Positions 36,768 through 47,499 are shown, counted from the stretch's first letter. The stretch is DNA of 64,000 nt from Acidobacteriota bacterium (GCA_022562935.1 JADFOI010000001.1:15982-79981); one strand, 5' to 3'. The notes: generated by a model from the sequence alone, not told the origin. Made by a program: numbers and translations.

Positions 36768-38300
36768 CTAGATCAGCGGAAGGTTGACGAATTGAGCGAG
36801 TTGGATAAAGGGCTGGGGGTAGACCCCCATCAGAAGGGTGAAGACTCCCGTAACCACCAGAACCACCACCAATCCCTTCGAAAAGCTTAGGGGAACAGGC
36901 AGATACTCCGTCTTCATGAACATCGAGACCACAATCCGGAAATAATAGAACATCGAGACCACCACGTTCAGGGCACCCACCACTGCCAGCCAAACCATCA
37001 AGGACGAGTAGGGTGCACCCTGAGTGAAGGCGACCTCCAGCACTGCAGTAAAAACGAAGTACTTGGCGATAAATCCTGCCAAAGGAGGAATGCCTGCCAG
37101 GGACAGGAAGAAAATCAACATCAAAACCGCCACTGCCGGGTGTCTGAAGAAGAGGCCGTCGAAATCCTCCACTCTCTCCCCAGGGATATCCTTGCGCCGC
37201 AACAGGATCACCCCTGCCCAGATCCCCAAATTCATAAAGGTATAGGCCAGCAGATAAATCGCCGAGGCGGTGATTCCGCGCTCAGTGCCCGCTACGACTC
37301 CCATGAGGACGAAACCGGCATGAGAAATACTGGAGTAGGCCAAGAGCCTCTTGACATTCTGCTGGGTGAGCGCCGCCACGTTTCCCAAGGTCATGGTCAC
37401 CATTGAAATGAGTGCCAAAGGAAAAACATAGAGTTCCCACAAACCTTCAAAGGCTACGAAAAAGATTCGAAAGAAGATGGCAAAAGCCGCCGCTTTCACC
37501 GCCACCGACATGAAGGCCGTGATGGGAGTGGGTGCTCCCTCATAGACATCGGGAACCCACATGTGAAACGGTACCGCGGCGATCTTAAAGCATAGGCCCG
37601 CCATCATCATCAGGAGGGACAGCGTCAGGAGGCTGTTGTCCTCCAGCTGGGTGATCTGCCGTCCGATTTCATGCAGGTTTGTGCTGCCACCCAGCCCATA
37701 AAGCAGTGACATTCCATAGAGAATAATTCCCGTAGAGAAAGCCCCCAGCAGAAAGTACTTGAGTGATGCTTCATTGGATCGCTTTCGGCCTCGCAGAAAG
37801 CCGACCAGAACATAGGTGGAAAGGGACATCAGCTCCAGCCCGAGAAAAAGACTGACCAGATCGATGGCTCCAGCCATGAACATCATCCCGGCGGTGGCGA
37901 AAAGAATCAGCGCGTAATACTCCGTGTGCTGTTCCTCTTCGATGTCCAGGTATTTATAAGACATGATCACGACCAGAAAAGCGGCCACCAGAAACAGCAT
38001 ATCGAAGTACAGGGCAAAGGAATCGAGCGTGATCATGTTGTAAAAGGCGGGACCCGAATTCACTCCCCAAAGGCGGTAAAGCTGAAGGGAGGCCATGGTC
38101 AACCCGCCAACGGCTAGGACAGCAGGGTGTTGAAACAGGCGCAAAAATCGATAGAGGAGGCCGCGGCCCCCATTGCGAGGCAGGGTCCAAAAACCCCAGC
38201 ATAAGATCACCATTCCCCAGATGATCAAATGGAGTTGAGGTCCTATGGCTGCAGCGTTCTGCAGGAAGAATTCGATAGGATTCTGTGGAACTTCAGGCAT
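36768..38300 (-). CDS. nuoN: NADH-quinone oxidoreductase subunit N
   Basis: 510 aa polytopic antiporter-like subunit; last gene of the nuo operon. Confidence 0.9.
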   Translation of the reverse strand: MPEVPQNPIEFFLQNAAAIGPQLHLIIWGMVILCWGFWTLPRNGGRGLLYRFLRLFQHPAVLAVGGLTMASLQLYRLWGVNSGPAFYNMITLDSFALYFDMLFLVAAFLVVIMSYKYLDIEEEQHTEYYALILFATAGMMFMAGAIDLVSLFLGLELMSLSTYVLVGFLRGRKRSNEASLKYFLLGAFSTGIILYGMSLLYGLGGSTNLHEIGRQITQLEDNSLLTLSLLMMMAGLCFKIAAVPFHMWVPDVYEGAPTPITAFMSVAVKAAAFAIFFRIFFVAFEGLWELYVFPLALISMVTMTLGNVAALTQQNVKRLLAYSSISHAGFVLMGVVAGTERGITASAIYLLAYTFMNLGIWAGVILLRRKDIPGERVEDFDGLFFRHPAVAVLMLIFFLSLAGIPPLAGFIAKYFVFTAVLEVAFTQGAPYSSLMVWLAVVGALNVVVSMFYYFRIVVSMFMKTEYLPVPLSFSKGLVVVLVVTGVFTLLMGVYPQPFIQLAQFVNLPLI

Positions 38301-38303
38301 CGA

Positions 38304-39863
38304 TTACTCTCTTACCACCACCTGAGCTGGAAGAGGACTGAACTCGCCCGGGCGTACTCTTTCAACGATCTGATTGACCGGATCATGGAGATAATCCAAA
38401 AATGTATTCGGGTAAAGACCGATCCAGAAGGCCAGAATAATCAAGGGCACAAAGGTTGCCACTTCCCGCAAGTTCAAGTCCGGAAGACTCTGATTTTCCG
38501 GATTGTCCAGGGGACCGAACATCACACGCTGGTAAAACCACAACATATAAGCCGCTCCCAGAACGATGCCCACAGCTCCAAAAACAGCCCAGAGTCTGTA
38601 TACCGGATCTGCAAACACCCCTTGCAGCACCATATACTCCCCGATGAATCCGTTGAGCGTAGGCATCCCGATGGAGGAAAGGGTCATGATCAGAAAAACA
38701 ACGGCGAAAACCGGCATGTTCTGGGAGAGACCCCCAAAATCGGCGATCATCCGGGTGTGACGCCTCTCATAGATGATGCCCACGATCAAAAAGAGAGCCC
38801 CCGTGGAAATTCCGTGGTTAATCATCTGCAAAATTCCGCCTTCCAGAGCCAGCGGAGTGGCAACGAAGACACCCAACATGCAAAAGCCCAGATGGCTGAC
38901 CGAAGAATAGGCCACCAGCTTCTTCATATCCTGCTGCATCATGGCCACCAGGGCACCGTAGATGATGCCAATCACACAGAGCACCAACAAAAAGTTTAAG
39001 AATGTCATGCTGGCCTGGGGAAGAATCGGCAAGCTGAGGCGCACGAACCCGTAGGTCCCCATCTTCAGGAGTATGGCGGCCAGAATGACGGACCCGGCGG
39101 TAGGAGCTTCGACGTGAGCATCAGGAAGCCAGGTATGGAAGGGAAACATGGGGACCTTAATGGCAAAACCGAGGAAAAGAGCCAGGAAGATCCACCACTG
39201 TAGGTCGACAGGAATGTCCAACTGCTGCATGACCAGAATGTCGAAAGACCAAACTCCCGTCACGCTGTGCTGATAGAAGTAGAGGGCCAGGATACCCAAA
39301 AGCAAAAGGACCGAACCGGCCAATGTGTAAAGGAAGAACTTTATGGCCGCATACAGCTTCCGAGGTCCTCCCCACACTCCAATGATGAAATACATGGGCA
39401 CCAGCATGACTTCCCAAAAGACATAGAACAGGAAAAAGTCCAGCGCCATGAACACCCCTAACATCCCCACTTGAAGCAGTAGAAAATAGCAATAGTATTC
39501 TCTGACCCGCTCCGTGATCGCTGACCAGGAGGAGAGAATCGCAATAAATCCCATAAGTGTCGTCAGCAGGATCAGCAGCATGCTGATTCCATCAACACCA
39601 AAGGAGTACTGGGCTCCAATGGCATCAATCCAGTTGGCCCGGATCACAAATCTCATGCCGCTATCGGCTTCAATGTACTGGGGATCGTTAAACAGGGTGA
39701 TGAGCGGCAAAGAGATGAGAAAACCGCTGAAGGCCACGATATTGGCAATCCACCTCACCGCATCCTCCTGTCCCTCTCTTCTTGGCCACAAGACAATAAG
39801 CACCACTCCAAGGAGAGGGAAAAAACACACGATTGTGAGGATGTTCTCCATAAAAAAACTCAT
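38304..39863 (-). CDS. nuoM: NADH-quinone oxidoreductase subunit M
   Basis: 519 aa antiporter-like; order L-M-N. Confidence 0.9.
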   Translation of the reverse strand: MSFFMENILTIVCFFPLLGVVLIVLWPRREGQEDAVRWIANIVAFSGFLISLPLITLFNDPQYIEADSGMRFVIRANWIDAIGAQYSFGVDGISMLLILLTTLMGFIAILSSWSAITERVREYYCYFLLLQVGMLGVFMALDFFLFYVFWEVMLVPMYFIIGVWGGPRKLYAAIKFFLYTLAGSVLLLLGILALYFYQHSVTGVWSFDILVMQQLDIPVDLQWWIFLALFLGFAIKVPMFPFHTWLPDAHVEAPTAGSVILAAILLKMGTYGFVRLSLPILPQASMTFLNFLLVLCVIGIIYGALVAMMQQDMKKLVAYSSVSHLGFCMLGVFVATPLALEGGILQMINHGISTGALFLIVGIIYERRHTRMIADFGGLSQNMPVFAVVFLIMTLSSIGMPTLNGFIGEYMVLQGVFADPVYRLWAVFGAVGIVLGAAYMLWFYQRVMFGPLDNPENQSLPDLNLREVATFVPLIILAFWIGLYPNTFLDYLHDPVNQIVERVRPGEFSPLPAQVVVRE

Positions 39864-39866
39864 CGA

Positions 39867-41963
39867 CTAGACTCCCATGTAAAGGTAGAAGCTGATCACC
39901 AGGATAATCCCGATCACAAAGAATAGGGCATATCGCTGCACCAGCCCGGTTTGAATCTTCTTCAACACCTTACTCAAGGACTCAAACATCTCGGCTACCA
40001 GATTGACGATACGATCCACGAGGTGGATGTCCACCTTTCCTGAGCCCCAAGCTAGAAATTTGGTCATGGCGGCACTGTTATTTACGGCCCCGTCCACTAC
40101 GTTGTTGTCAAAGGCTGACAGGAACCGTCCCCAATTCTTCGCTCCAAAGAATCGGCCCCAACCCGTGCCCCCACTGACAAACAGGACATCATAGGCCTCA
40201 TCCACGTAATACTTGTTGTAAATCACCTGGTGAAGGCCACTGAATCTTTCGCGCAACTGGTCCGCTTTTGCTTTGTGTTTCAGGAAAAAGTGGTAGGCCA
40301 GATAGATTCCCAGTCCGGCCAAGGCAACGGAAACCAAGGTCAGGAGAATCTCGGTGGAGTGTGCCGCCTGAACCGATGCGCCTGCCCCATGATAACTGGT
40401 TTCAAAGGCAGGCTCGAGAAAATGCTCGAACACATTGGGACCCAGCCAGGCGGGTAGACCTAAATATCCCGCAAAAACAGAGCCTACGGCAAGAATGACC
40501 AAGGGTACGGTCATCACGCTGGGAGATTCATGAACGTGACTCGCCACCTCCGGCGAGAGCCTCTCCTCCCCGTGAAAGGTGAGAAACATCATTCGCATCA
40601 TATAAAAGGCCGTCATCCCCGCCACCAGGACTCCTACCAACCAAAAGACGGCGTGGCCCTCCGGGTTGCTGAAGGATCGCCACAGGATTTCATCCTTGGA
40701 AAAGAAACCTGCCAGGCCGGGGACACCCGCGATAGCCAGAGTGGCGATCCCCATAGTCCACCACGTTCTGGGGAGGTACTTTTTCAAACCTCCCATTTTT
40801 CTCATATCCTGCTCGTGATGAAGAGCCGCAATGACGCTTCCCGATCCCAAAAAGAGCAGGGCTTTGAAAAAAGCATGGGTCATGAGGTGAAAGATACCCG
40901 CCGCTGCGGCTCCCACACCCAGGGCGGCAAACATATAGCCCAACTGACTCACGGTCGAGTAGGCAAGCACCCTCTTGATGTCCTGCTGGAACATGGCGAT
41001 GGAGGCTGCCAATAAGGCCGTACCAAGCCCCACCACAACCACAATCAGGAGCACATCAGGCGCGCGACTATAAATGGCGCTGGAACGGGCCACCATGTAG
41101 ACTCCCGCGGTCACCATTGTCGCTGCGTGGATCAGGGCACTCACTGGGGTGGGTCCCTCCATGGCGTCGGGCAACCACACATAAAGTGGAATCTGGGCAC
41201 TCTTTCCGGCGGCACCAATGAACAACAGCAAGGCAATCCAGCACAGAGGGCCCCAGAAGGTTTCCGGCGTGGGAAACATTTCCTCCACCCCTTGAAACAC
41301 CTCGGTGAAGTCCAGGGAGCCGAAATAGGTGAAGATCATGAGCATGCCAATGATGAAGCCAAAATCGCCGATCCGATTGACCACGAAGGCTTTTTTGGCC
41401 GCGTCCCCGGCGCTCTTTTTGTGAATGTAGTAGCCAATCAACAGATACGAACAGAGGCCAACCCCTTCCCACCCCACAAACATCAACAAGTAGTTGTTGG
41501 CGAGAACCAGGGTCAGCATCATGAACATAAAGAGGTTCATGTAGGCAAAGAAGCGATAAAAACCCTCTTCCTCTTCCGCCATGTAGCCGATGGAATAAAC
41601 GTGGATCAGAAAGCCCACTCCCGTAACCACAAGAATCATCACCGCCGAGAGCGGATCCAGCTGGAATCCCCAGGAGATATGGAAGTTGGCCAGATCACCG
41701 GTGACCGTTTGGATAGCTGGCCCATGGATCCAGCTGAAGATCTCAATCTCCCAAATACGAGCGTCAGGGTCGAGCTGCAGAAGGGCCCAAAAACAACTCA
41801 GCGAAAGAAGCAGAGAAAACAGGATACTTCCACAGGCAACACAGTAAACGAAGGGCTTCGCGGGACGGTTTCCGGTTCTGGCCACCTTCCAGAGACCGAA
41901 ACCGCCATTAAGGATAAACCCGAGGAGCGGAAATAGAGGAATGAGCCAGATATAGTTGAGCAA
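39867..41963 (-). CDS. nuoL: NADH-quinone oxidoreductase subunit L
   Basis: 698 aa with long C-terminal horizontal helix region. Confidence 0.9.
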   Translation of the reverse strand: MLNYIWLIPLFPLLGFILNGGFGLWKVARTGNRPAKPFVYCVACGSILFSLLLSLSCFWALLQLDPDARIWEIEIFSWIHGPAIQTVTGDLANFHISWGFQLDPLSAVMILVVTGVGFLIHVYSIGYMAEEEEGFYRFFAYMNLFMFMMLTLVLANNYLLMFVGWEGVGLCSYLLIGYYIHKKSAGDAAKKAFVVNRIGDFGFIIGMLMIFTYFGSLDFTEVFQGVEEMFPTPETFWGPLCWIALLLFIGAAGKSAQIPLYVWLPDAMEGPTPVSALIHAATMVTAGVYMVARSSAIYSRAPDVLLIVVVVGLGTALLAASIAMFQQDIKRVLAYSTVSQLGYMFAALGVGAAAAGIFHLMTHAFFKALLFLGSGSVIAALHHEQDMRKMGGLKKYLPRTWWTMGIATLAIAGVPGLAGFFSKDEILWRSFSNPEGHAVFWLVGVLVAGMTAFYMMRMMFLTFHGEERLSPEVASHVHESPSVMTVPLVILAVGSVFAGYLGLPAWLGPNVFEHFLEPAFETSYHGAGASVQAAHSTEILLTLVSVALAGLGIYLAYHFFLKHKAKADQLRERFSGLHQVIYNKYYVDEAYDVLFVSGGTGWGRFFGAKNWGRFLSAFDNNVVDGAVNNSAAMTKFLAWGSGKVDIHLVDRIVNLVAEMFESLSKVLKKIQTGLVQRYALFFVIGIILVISFYLYMGV

Positions 41964-41966
41964 CAG

Positions 41967-42269
41967 CTATCCTCTCATCAGGTCGATCTCGTCCACGTTC
42001 ACCGTTTCTTTGTTGCGGAAAAGAGCAATGATAATACCCAGACCAACAGCCGCCTCTGCTGCCGCCACGGTGATGACAAAAATAGCGAACACCTGGCCCG
42101 AGGGGTCCTGAAGCTGGTCGGAGAAAGCAACCAGGTTCAGGTTGACAGAGTTGAGCATCAGTTCAATCGACATCAAAATGATGATGACATTTCGGCGGGT
42201 GAGAACTCCCACCACTCCAATCGAAAAAACGATGGTACTGAGAACCAGATAGTGTGTTATATCCACCAT
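41967..42269 (-). CDS. nuoK: NADH-quinone oxidoreductase subunit K
   Basis: 100 aa, 3 TM, NuoK-like ([16 protein letters not shown]). Confidence 0.9.
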   Translation of the reverse strand: MVDITHYLVLSTIVFSIGVVGVLTRRNVIIILMSIELMLNSVNLNLVAFSDQLQDPSGQVFAIFVITVAAAEAAVGLGIIIALFRNKETVNVDEIDLMRG

Positions 42270-42270
42270 A

Positions 42271-42783
42271 TCAAAGCTGCTTCTGCGTCAAAACGACCGC
42301 CGCGATCATAGCCACCAACAACAATACGGAAGCTATTTCAAAGGGCAGAAGATAGGTGCTGTAAAGCAGGCCGCCCACCGTCTCCGTATTGAGAGTCTGA
42401 GACTCTATAATCAAATCCTGACTGATGGTGTCGATACGAAAGACATCGGCGCCCTGCACCACAAAATAAACCAGTTCGAAGGAAAGCACGATGCCCAGGA
42501 CCAGGGCCGTTTTCCACTGACGATTTGCCCTCCTTTGAGTCTCCACCTCCCGAACACTGACCAGCATAATGACAAAAAGAAACAACACCATGATTCCACC
42601 CACATACACCAGAATCTGAACCGCTCCAACGAACTCGGCTTGAAGGAGAAAGAAAAGTCCAGCCATACCCAACAGCGCAGAGATCAGATAAACGGCACTG
42701 CGCACCGGATTGGCCGCCGTCACAGTCAGGATAGCGAAAACCACCAGCATGGTGGCCAGTATGTAGAAAAGAGTAGCTTCCAT
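42271..42783 (-). CDS. nuoJ: NADH-quinone oxidoreductase subunit J
   Basis: Start [10 protein letters not shown] (ATG 42783) preferred; the ORF-track start 42825 lies inside the intergenic palindrome. Confidence 0.85.
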   Translation of the reverse strand: MEATLFYILATMLVVFAILTVTAANPVRSAVYLISALLGMAGLFFLLQAEFVGAVQILVYVGGIMVLFLFVIMLVSVREVETQRRANRQWKTALVLGIVLSFELVYFVVQGADVFRIDTISQDLIIESQTLNTETVGGLLYSTYLLPFEIASVLLLVAMIAAVVLTQKQL

Positions 42784-42792
42784 GGCAAAAGG

Positions 42793-42852
42793 GGAGATTA
42801 GGAGATATAAGGGACGGGCCTTCAAGGGCCTGTCCCAAATCTCCTAATCTCC
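42793..42852. repeat. 60-bp palindrome (GGGAC-GGGCC / GGGCCTGTCCC family) in the nuoI-nuoJ spacer
   Basis: ggagattaggagatataagggacgggccttcaagggcctgtcccaaatctcctaatctcc; abuts the nuoI stop codon. Confidence 0.8.
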
Positions 42853-42854
42853 AT

Positions 42855-43319
42855 TCATTTGTGGTAATCCTTTCCGAAATCGATCCGATCCCATCCCTTT
42901 TCCAGCCGCTTTCGATCCCAGACCATGGATCTTCGGTCATAGGCCGCAAGTTCAAAATCCTGGGTCAATTCGATGGCGTTGGTCGGACACACTTCCTGAC
43001 ACAGCCCACAAAAAAGGCAACGCGATGTATCAAATGTGTAATGGGTGAGGACTTTTTTCCGGCTTTCAGGATCGCGCTGTGAACCCACGACGATGAGATC
43101 TTCGGGACAAATCTCGGCACAAAGATCGCAGGCGATACAAAGGGTCTCTCCCGTCACGGGATCATTGTTGAGACGGGGTGCTCCCCTATACCTTTCCGCC
43201 AGCTTCGGCTTTTCAAGCGGGTACTGTTCCGTGTAAACCTTCCGGTAGGTGTAACGGAAAGTCAACGCCATACCCTTCAAGATATCGACTAAAAAGATGC
43301 GCTTCAAAAAGTCTATCAT
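42855..43319 (-). CDS. nuoI: NADH-quinone oxidoreductase subunit I (2x[4Fe-4S] ferredoxin)
   Basis: Two CxxCxxCxxxCP motifs (CIACDLCAEICP, CLFCGLCQEVCP). Confidence 0.95.
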   Translation of the reverse strand: MIDFLKRIFLVDILKGMALTFRYTYRKVYTEQYPLEKPKLAERYRGAPRLNNDPVTGETLCIACDLCAEICPEDLIVVGSQRDPESRKKVLTHYTFDTSRCLFCGLCQEVCPTNAIELTQDFELAAYDRRSMVWDRKRLEKGWDRIDFGKDYHK

Positions 43320-43328
43320 TCTTCAATC

Positions 43329-44456
43329 TCACAAAAATGCAAGTATAACTCCCGCAGTGACAATGACATTGGCCATTGCTACAGGCAAAAAGATTTTCCA
43401 GCCATATTGCATCAGTTGATCAAACCGGAAGCGGGGCAAGGTTCCCCGCACCCAGATGAAAACATAAAGAAACAAGAATACCTTGCCCAGGAACCACACC
43501 ACGCCTGGGATGAAATTGAGGAAATTCAACCACTCAAAGCTCGGAAAGGGCCGCAGCCACCCCCCCCAAAACAGGACCACTCCTATGGCGGAGACCGCAA
43601 TCATATTGGCGTACTCTGCCAGAAAAAAAAGTGAAAAGCGAAATCCACTGTACTCGGTGTGAAACCCCCCGACTAGCTCGGTTTCGGCCTCAGGGAGATC
43701 AAAGGGAAGGCGATTGGTTTCCGCCAGCCCACAGATAAAAAAGAGGACAAAGGCAAGGGGTTGGACAAAGATATACCAGAGCTGCTCTTGCTGCTGATTC
43801 TGAACGATCTCCACCAGGCTCAGAGAACCCGCCACCAAAAGGACCCCAATGATGGCGAATCCCAGGGCCACTTCATAGCTGACCATCTGAGCGGTGGATC
43901 TCAGTGCCCCCAACAGGGGATACTTGCTGTTGGAAGCCCATCCCCCCAGAATGATTCCCAGGATGCCAACCGAGGAGACCGACAAGACAAAGAGGACAGC
44001 GATGTTGATGTCGGTCACGTATCCCCCGGAGGCAATGGCATTTTGGGCAATCCTTTCCGTCGTCGCCTCGTCAAGGTTAAGGAACGGGAACCAGCCCAGG
44101 GTCCAGCCCAAAAAGTCCTGTAACATGTCAGGAGGCCCGAAAGGCACCACTGCAAAGACCAGGAAGGCGGGGATTAAGGAAATCGCCGGGGCGATGGTAA
44201 AAATCAAAGCGTCGGCTTTGGCTGGCACGATGTCCTCTTTGAGAAGAAACTTCAGACCATCGGCAATCGGCTGAAGAAGACCGTGCCATCCCACCCTCAT
44301 GGGGCCCAGGCGAACCTGGATGTGGGCAATCAATTTCCGTTCCAGCAACGTCAAGTAGGCGATCGCCCCGGAAAGGACCAACACGATCACGACAATCTTG
44401 ATCAACGGAATGACGGCGTAAATAAGCAAGTTCTCGATGAATACGTTCTCGTTCAT
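43329..44456 (-). CDS. nuoH: NADH-quinone oxidoreductase subunit H
   Basis: 375 aa polytopic; NuoH/ND1-like. Confidence 0.95.
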   Translation of the reverse strand: MNENVFIENLLIYAVIPLIKIVVIVLVLSGAIAYLTLLERKLIAHIQVRLGPMRVGWHGLLQPIADGLKFLLKEDIVPAKADALIFTIAPAISLIPAFLVFAVVPFGPPDMLQDFLGWTLGWFPFLNLDEATTERIAQNAIASGGYVTDINIAVLFVLSVSSVGILGIILGGWASNSKYPLLGALRSTAQMVSYEVALGFAIIGVLLVAGSLSLVEIVQNQQQEQLWYIFVQPLAFVLFFICGLAETNRLPFDLPEAETELVGGFHTEYSGFRFSLFFLAEYANMIAVSAIGVVLFWGGWLRPFPSFEWLNFLNFIPGVVWFLGKVFLFLYVFIWVRGTLPRFRFDQLMQYGWKIFLPVAMANVIVTAGVILAFL

Positions 44457-45574
44457 CGGTCGACCTCACCCAATACGATGTCCAAGGTGCCGATAATGGC
44501 AATCACATCCGCCATCAAATGCCCCTTCACTAACCGGCGCAAGACCTGCAGGCTGATGAAGGTAGGGGGACGGATTCTCACCCGGAAGGGGTGTGCCGAG
44601 CCGTCACTGACAATGTAGTAACCCAGCTCTCCCCGAGGGCCGTCAATGCCCGAGTAATACTCGCCCACGGGCGGTTTGACAATCTTGGGTGCCTTCCCGC
44701 GAACGGGTCCATCCGGCAGCCGATCCAATACCTGTTGAATGATTCGCCGGCTCTGGTGCATCTCCTCCAGGCGAACCAGGTAGCGATCGTAGGTATCTCC
44801 GTTTTCACCCACCGGGACATCGAAGTCGAACTCTTCGTAGCCTCCATAAGGACGATCCTTCCGGACATCGTGTCTCACTCCGGAACCGCGCAACACGGGA
44901 CCGGTCAACCCCCATTCGATGGCTTCTTTACCGGAGATCACCCCGATTCCCTGGGTCCGAGCCATCCAGATTCGGTTCTTGGTGAGCAACTGCTCATATT
45001 CATCCACTCTTTCGGGGAACTCATCGATGAATTTGCGCGCTGCTTCCACAAAGCCAGGAGGCAGGTCTTTCCAGAGGCCGCCCACTCGGAAGGCGTGGGT
45101 GGTCAATCGGGCACCGAAGAGAGCCTCGAATAATTTGAGAATTTCCTCCCGCTCCCGGAAACAATACAAAAACACCGTCATGGCCCCGATATCGATGGCA
45201 TGAGTGGCCAGCCAGAGCAGATGGCTCGCTATACGGCTAAACTCCGTCATCATGATGCGGATATACTGGGCCCGTTTCGGCACCTCGATCTGCATCATCG
45301 CCTCCACGCCCAGGAGAAAGCCATAGACGTTGGAAACCGCCGCAATGTAATCCGTTCTGTCGTAGTAGGGAACGCACTCGATGTAAGACCGATTCTCGCT
45401 GATCTTCTCCACACCCCTGTGCAAATAACCGATGATGCACTCCGCATCCACCACCCGTTCACCATCCAACTTTAATTTCACTCGAAGCACACCGTGAGTA
45501 GACGGGTGCTGAGGGCCCATATTCAGCTCCAGGACCTTGGCGTCGAGAACGGTCGATTCTTCCATTGCTTTCAT
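44453..45574 (-). CDS. nuoD: NADH-quinone oxidoreductase subunit D
   Basis: 373 aa; 49-kDa subunit signatures ([15 protein letters not shown]-terminal LGEVDR). Confidence 0.95.
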   Translation of the reverse strand: MKAMEESTVLDAKVLELNMGPQHPSTHGVLRVKLKLDGERVVDAECIIGYLHRGVEKISENRSYIECVPYYDRTDYIAAVSNVYGFLLGVEAMMQIEVPKRAQYIRIMMTEFSRIASHLLWLATHAIDIGAMTVFLYCFREREEILKLFEALFGARLTTHAFRVGGLWKDLPPGFVEAARKFIDEFPERVDEYEQLLTKNRIWMARTQGIGVISGKEAIEWGLTGPVLRGSGVRHDVRKDRPYGGYEEFDFDVPVGENGDTYDRYLVRLEEMHQSRRIIQQVLDRLPDGPVRGKAPKIVKPPVGEYYSGIDGPRGELGYYIVSDGSAHPFRVRIRPPTFISLQVLRRLVKGHLMADVIAIIGTLDIVLGEVDR

Positions 45575-46254
45575 TCGGGAGTCTTCCTGATGTGTAGGTG
45601 CTTCTTAATCCAGGCCTGGTCCTGTAATTTAATGTCGTAATCCTTGCGCAGGGGATGACCGTGCCAATCATCGGGCAGCAGAATCCGCTTCAGATTATCA
45701 TGTCCGGAGAACTCGATTCCGAACAGGTCGTAGACTTCCCGCTCCATCCAATCGGCGGTTTTCCAGATAGAAGTCACTGAAGGCACGACCTCTTCCTCCG
45801 ATATGCGGGCTTTGATTCGAATCAGCTTACCGTGCTTGTAGGAATAGAGATGATAGACCATACAGAACCGCTTGTCGTCTCCCAGGTAATCCAAAGCGGT
45901 CAGATCGACAAGATAGTCGAAGTCCCAATCCGGACTGTCCTTGAGCTCGATCATGACGTCGTACAAACAGTCAACAGAAACCGTGTAGATGGGTTGATGG
46001 AGAAAGGACTGTGCCGAGAAAATATGTTCGGAAAATTTCTCTTTCAGCTTCTGAAGGAGGGTATCCTCTTCCAGATCTTCGTAAGAGAGGACCTTTTTTC
46101 TGGCCGCTTTGGGAGGAGCAGGCTTAGCAGCTTTCTCGGGTGCAGCCGATTTCGAACTGGGCTCTGAAGGTGTCGGGGTTTCCTTTTCCTCGGCTTCTGG
46201 AGCCTCTTGGCCTTCTGGCTCTTGCGGTTGCTTCGGTTTGTCCTCTTCGCTCAT
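45571..46254 (-). CDS. nuoC: NADH-quinone oxidoreductase subunit C with about 60 aa low-complexity N-terminal extension
   Basis: 30-kDa subunit core from about residue 65; N-terminus is P/E/K/A-rich ([25 protein letters not shown]...). Confidence 0.9.
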   Translation of the reverse strand: MSEEDKPKQPQEPEGQEAPEAEEKETPTPSEPSSKSAAPEKAAKPAPPKAARKKVLSYEDLEEDTLLQKLKEKFSEHIFSAQSFLHQPIYTVSVDCLYDVMIELKDSPDWDFDYLVDLTALDYLGDDKRFCMVYHLYSYKHGKLIRIKARISEEEVVPSVTSIWKTADWMEREVYDLFGIEFSGHDNLKRILLPDDWHGHPLRKDYDIKLQDQAWIKKHLHIRKTPE

Positions 46255-46323
46255 CTCACACCAGGAGACTCAACAACTGGCTCCTTCTCACTCGATTCGT
46301 TGAAAGTTCAGCGCTTAGGGCCT

Positions 46324-46560
46324 CGCTCGCCACAAACGTCATCATATTTTATGGAACGAGACACCTAGCCCGTATTATGCATAGGTTCTTGTCACGAAGC
46401 GCCGAAAGCGCCGGCCTGACAAGGCGCGTGACCCGCTTGCGGGTGCCCCAGGCCCCCGCAAGCGTGCTGTATGGTACGCTGAGGAGGCCGACCGAGCGCA
46501 ACACAGTCAGGATGAGTGATTTCGGTGATGCAGTAGAGAACCTATGCATAGTCCGGGCTA
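46324..46560. mobile_element. family-D terminus (46324-46364) fused to a full family-C MITE (46367-46560) inserted between nuoC and nuoB
   Basis: cgctcgccacaaacgtcatcatattttatggaacgagacac then agcccgtattatgcataggttcttgtcacgaagcgccgaaagcgcc ... gcagtagagaacctatgcatagtccgggcta; the terminal cta is the reverse complement of the nuoB TAG stop. Confidence 0.8.
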
Positions 46561-47037
46561 ACTAACCTGAAACTGCTCTTTCCCTTTGGCAATGGTCATC
46601 TGATCGATCTTATCCTGCAGTCGCATCAAACCATAGAGCAGCGCTTCAGGCCGGGGCGGACATCCGGGGATGTAGACATCCACAGGAATGACCTTATCCA
46701 CCCCCTGAAGGGTTGAATACGTATCAAAGGGCCCACCTACGCTAGAACAGGCCCCCATGGAGATGACCCACTTCGGTTCCGGCATTTGATCGTACAGTCG
46801 CTGAATGACCTCCGCCATCTTCAGGGTCACCGTCCCGGCAATGATAATGAGATCCGATTGCCGTGGAGAAGGCCGAAAAATTCCGGCACCGAATCGATCC
46901 ATGTCAAAACGAGAAGCGCCTGTGGCCATCATTTCAATGGCGCAGCAGGCCAGCCCGAACGTCATAGGCCAAAGGGAGGACTTCCTAGCCCAGTTGAAGA
47001 GTGAATCCACCGTCGTCGTCACGATGTTCTTTTCCAT
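46558..47037 (-). CDS. nuoB: NADH-quinone oxidoreductase subunit B
   Basis: Start MEKNIVTTT (ATG 47037); Fe-S ligands [19 protein letters not shown]; the ORF-track extension to 47277 overlaps nuoA and is rejected. Confidence 0.95.
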   Translation of the reverse strand: MEKNIVTTTVDSLFNWARKSSLWPMTFGLACCAIEMMATGASRFDMDRFGAGIFRPSPRQSDLIIIAGTVTLKMAEVIQRLYDQMPEPKWVISMGACSSVGGPFDTYSTLQGVDKVIPVDVYIPGCPPRPEALLYGLMRLQDKIDQMTIAKGKEQFQVS

Positions 47038-47048
47038 TCGATTTTCAA

Positions 47049-47405
47049 TTAGACCCACTCTAAGGCTCCTTTTTTCCAAACGTAAAAATAGCCCACAATC
47101 AGAATACCCAAGAAGACGAGCATTTCGATAAACCCAAAGAGAGCCAGGCGACGATAAATGATGGCCCATGGAAATAAAAAGATGGTTTCCACCTCGAAGA
47201 CCACGAACAGAATGGCAATGATGTAGAAGCGAATCGAAAATCGATCCCGCGCATCTCCCTCCGGATCCACCCCGCACTCGTAGGCCATGAGCTTTGTGGC
47301 ATGAGGTTTATAGGGACGAATCAATCTTCCCACCACCAGCCCCACCACCGGAAGCGACAGAGCAACCAGGATGAAAATCACAATCGGAACGTAAGAAGCC
47401 AGCAT
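47049..47405 (-). CDS. nuoA: NADH-quinone oxidoreductase subunit A
   Basis: 118 aa, 3 TM, NuoA-like ([12 protein letters not shown]-type FEVE motif). Confidence 0.9.
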   Translation of the reverse strand: MLASYVPIVIFILVALSLPVVGLVVGRLIRPYKPHATKLMAYECGVDPEGDARDRFSIRFYIIAILFVVFEVETIFLFPWAIIYRRLALFGFIEMLVFLGILIVGYFYVWKKGALEWV

Positions 47406-47421
47406 TTCAACACTCCCTCTT

Positions 47422-47453
47422 AGGAGCCTGTCCTATGACTCGGATAGGCTCCT
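47422..47453. promoter_or_regulatory. hairpin aggagcctgtcctatgactcggataggctcct immediately upstream of nuoA (downstream of the UXS gene)
   Basis: Stem ggagcc/ggctcc with extended pairing; shares the GGAGCCTGTCC core with the termini of the 25095-25333 element. Confidence 0.4.
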
Positions 47454-47499
47454 ATAGCCTAAAGGATCGGACCAATTCTGACAAAGTATCTAACAGAAC

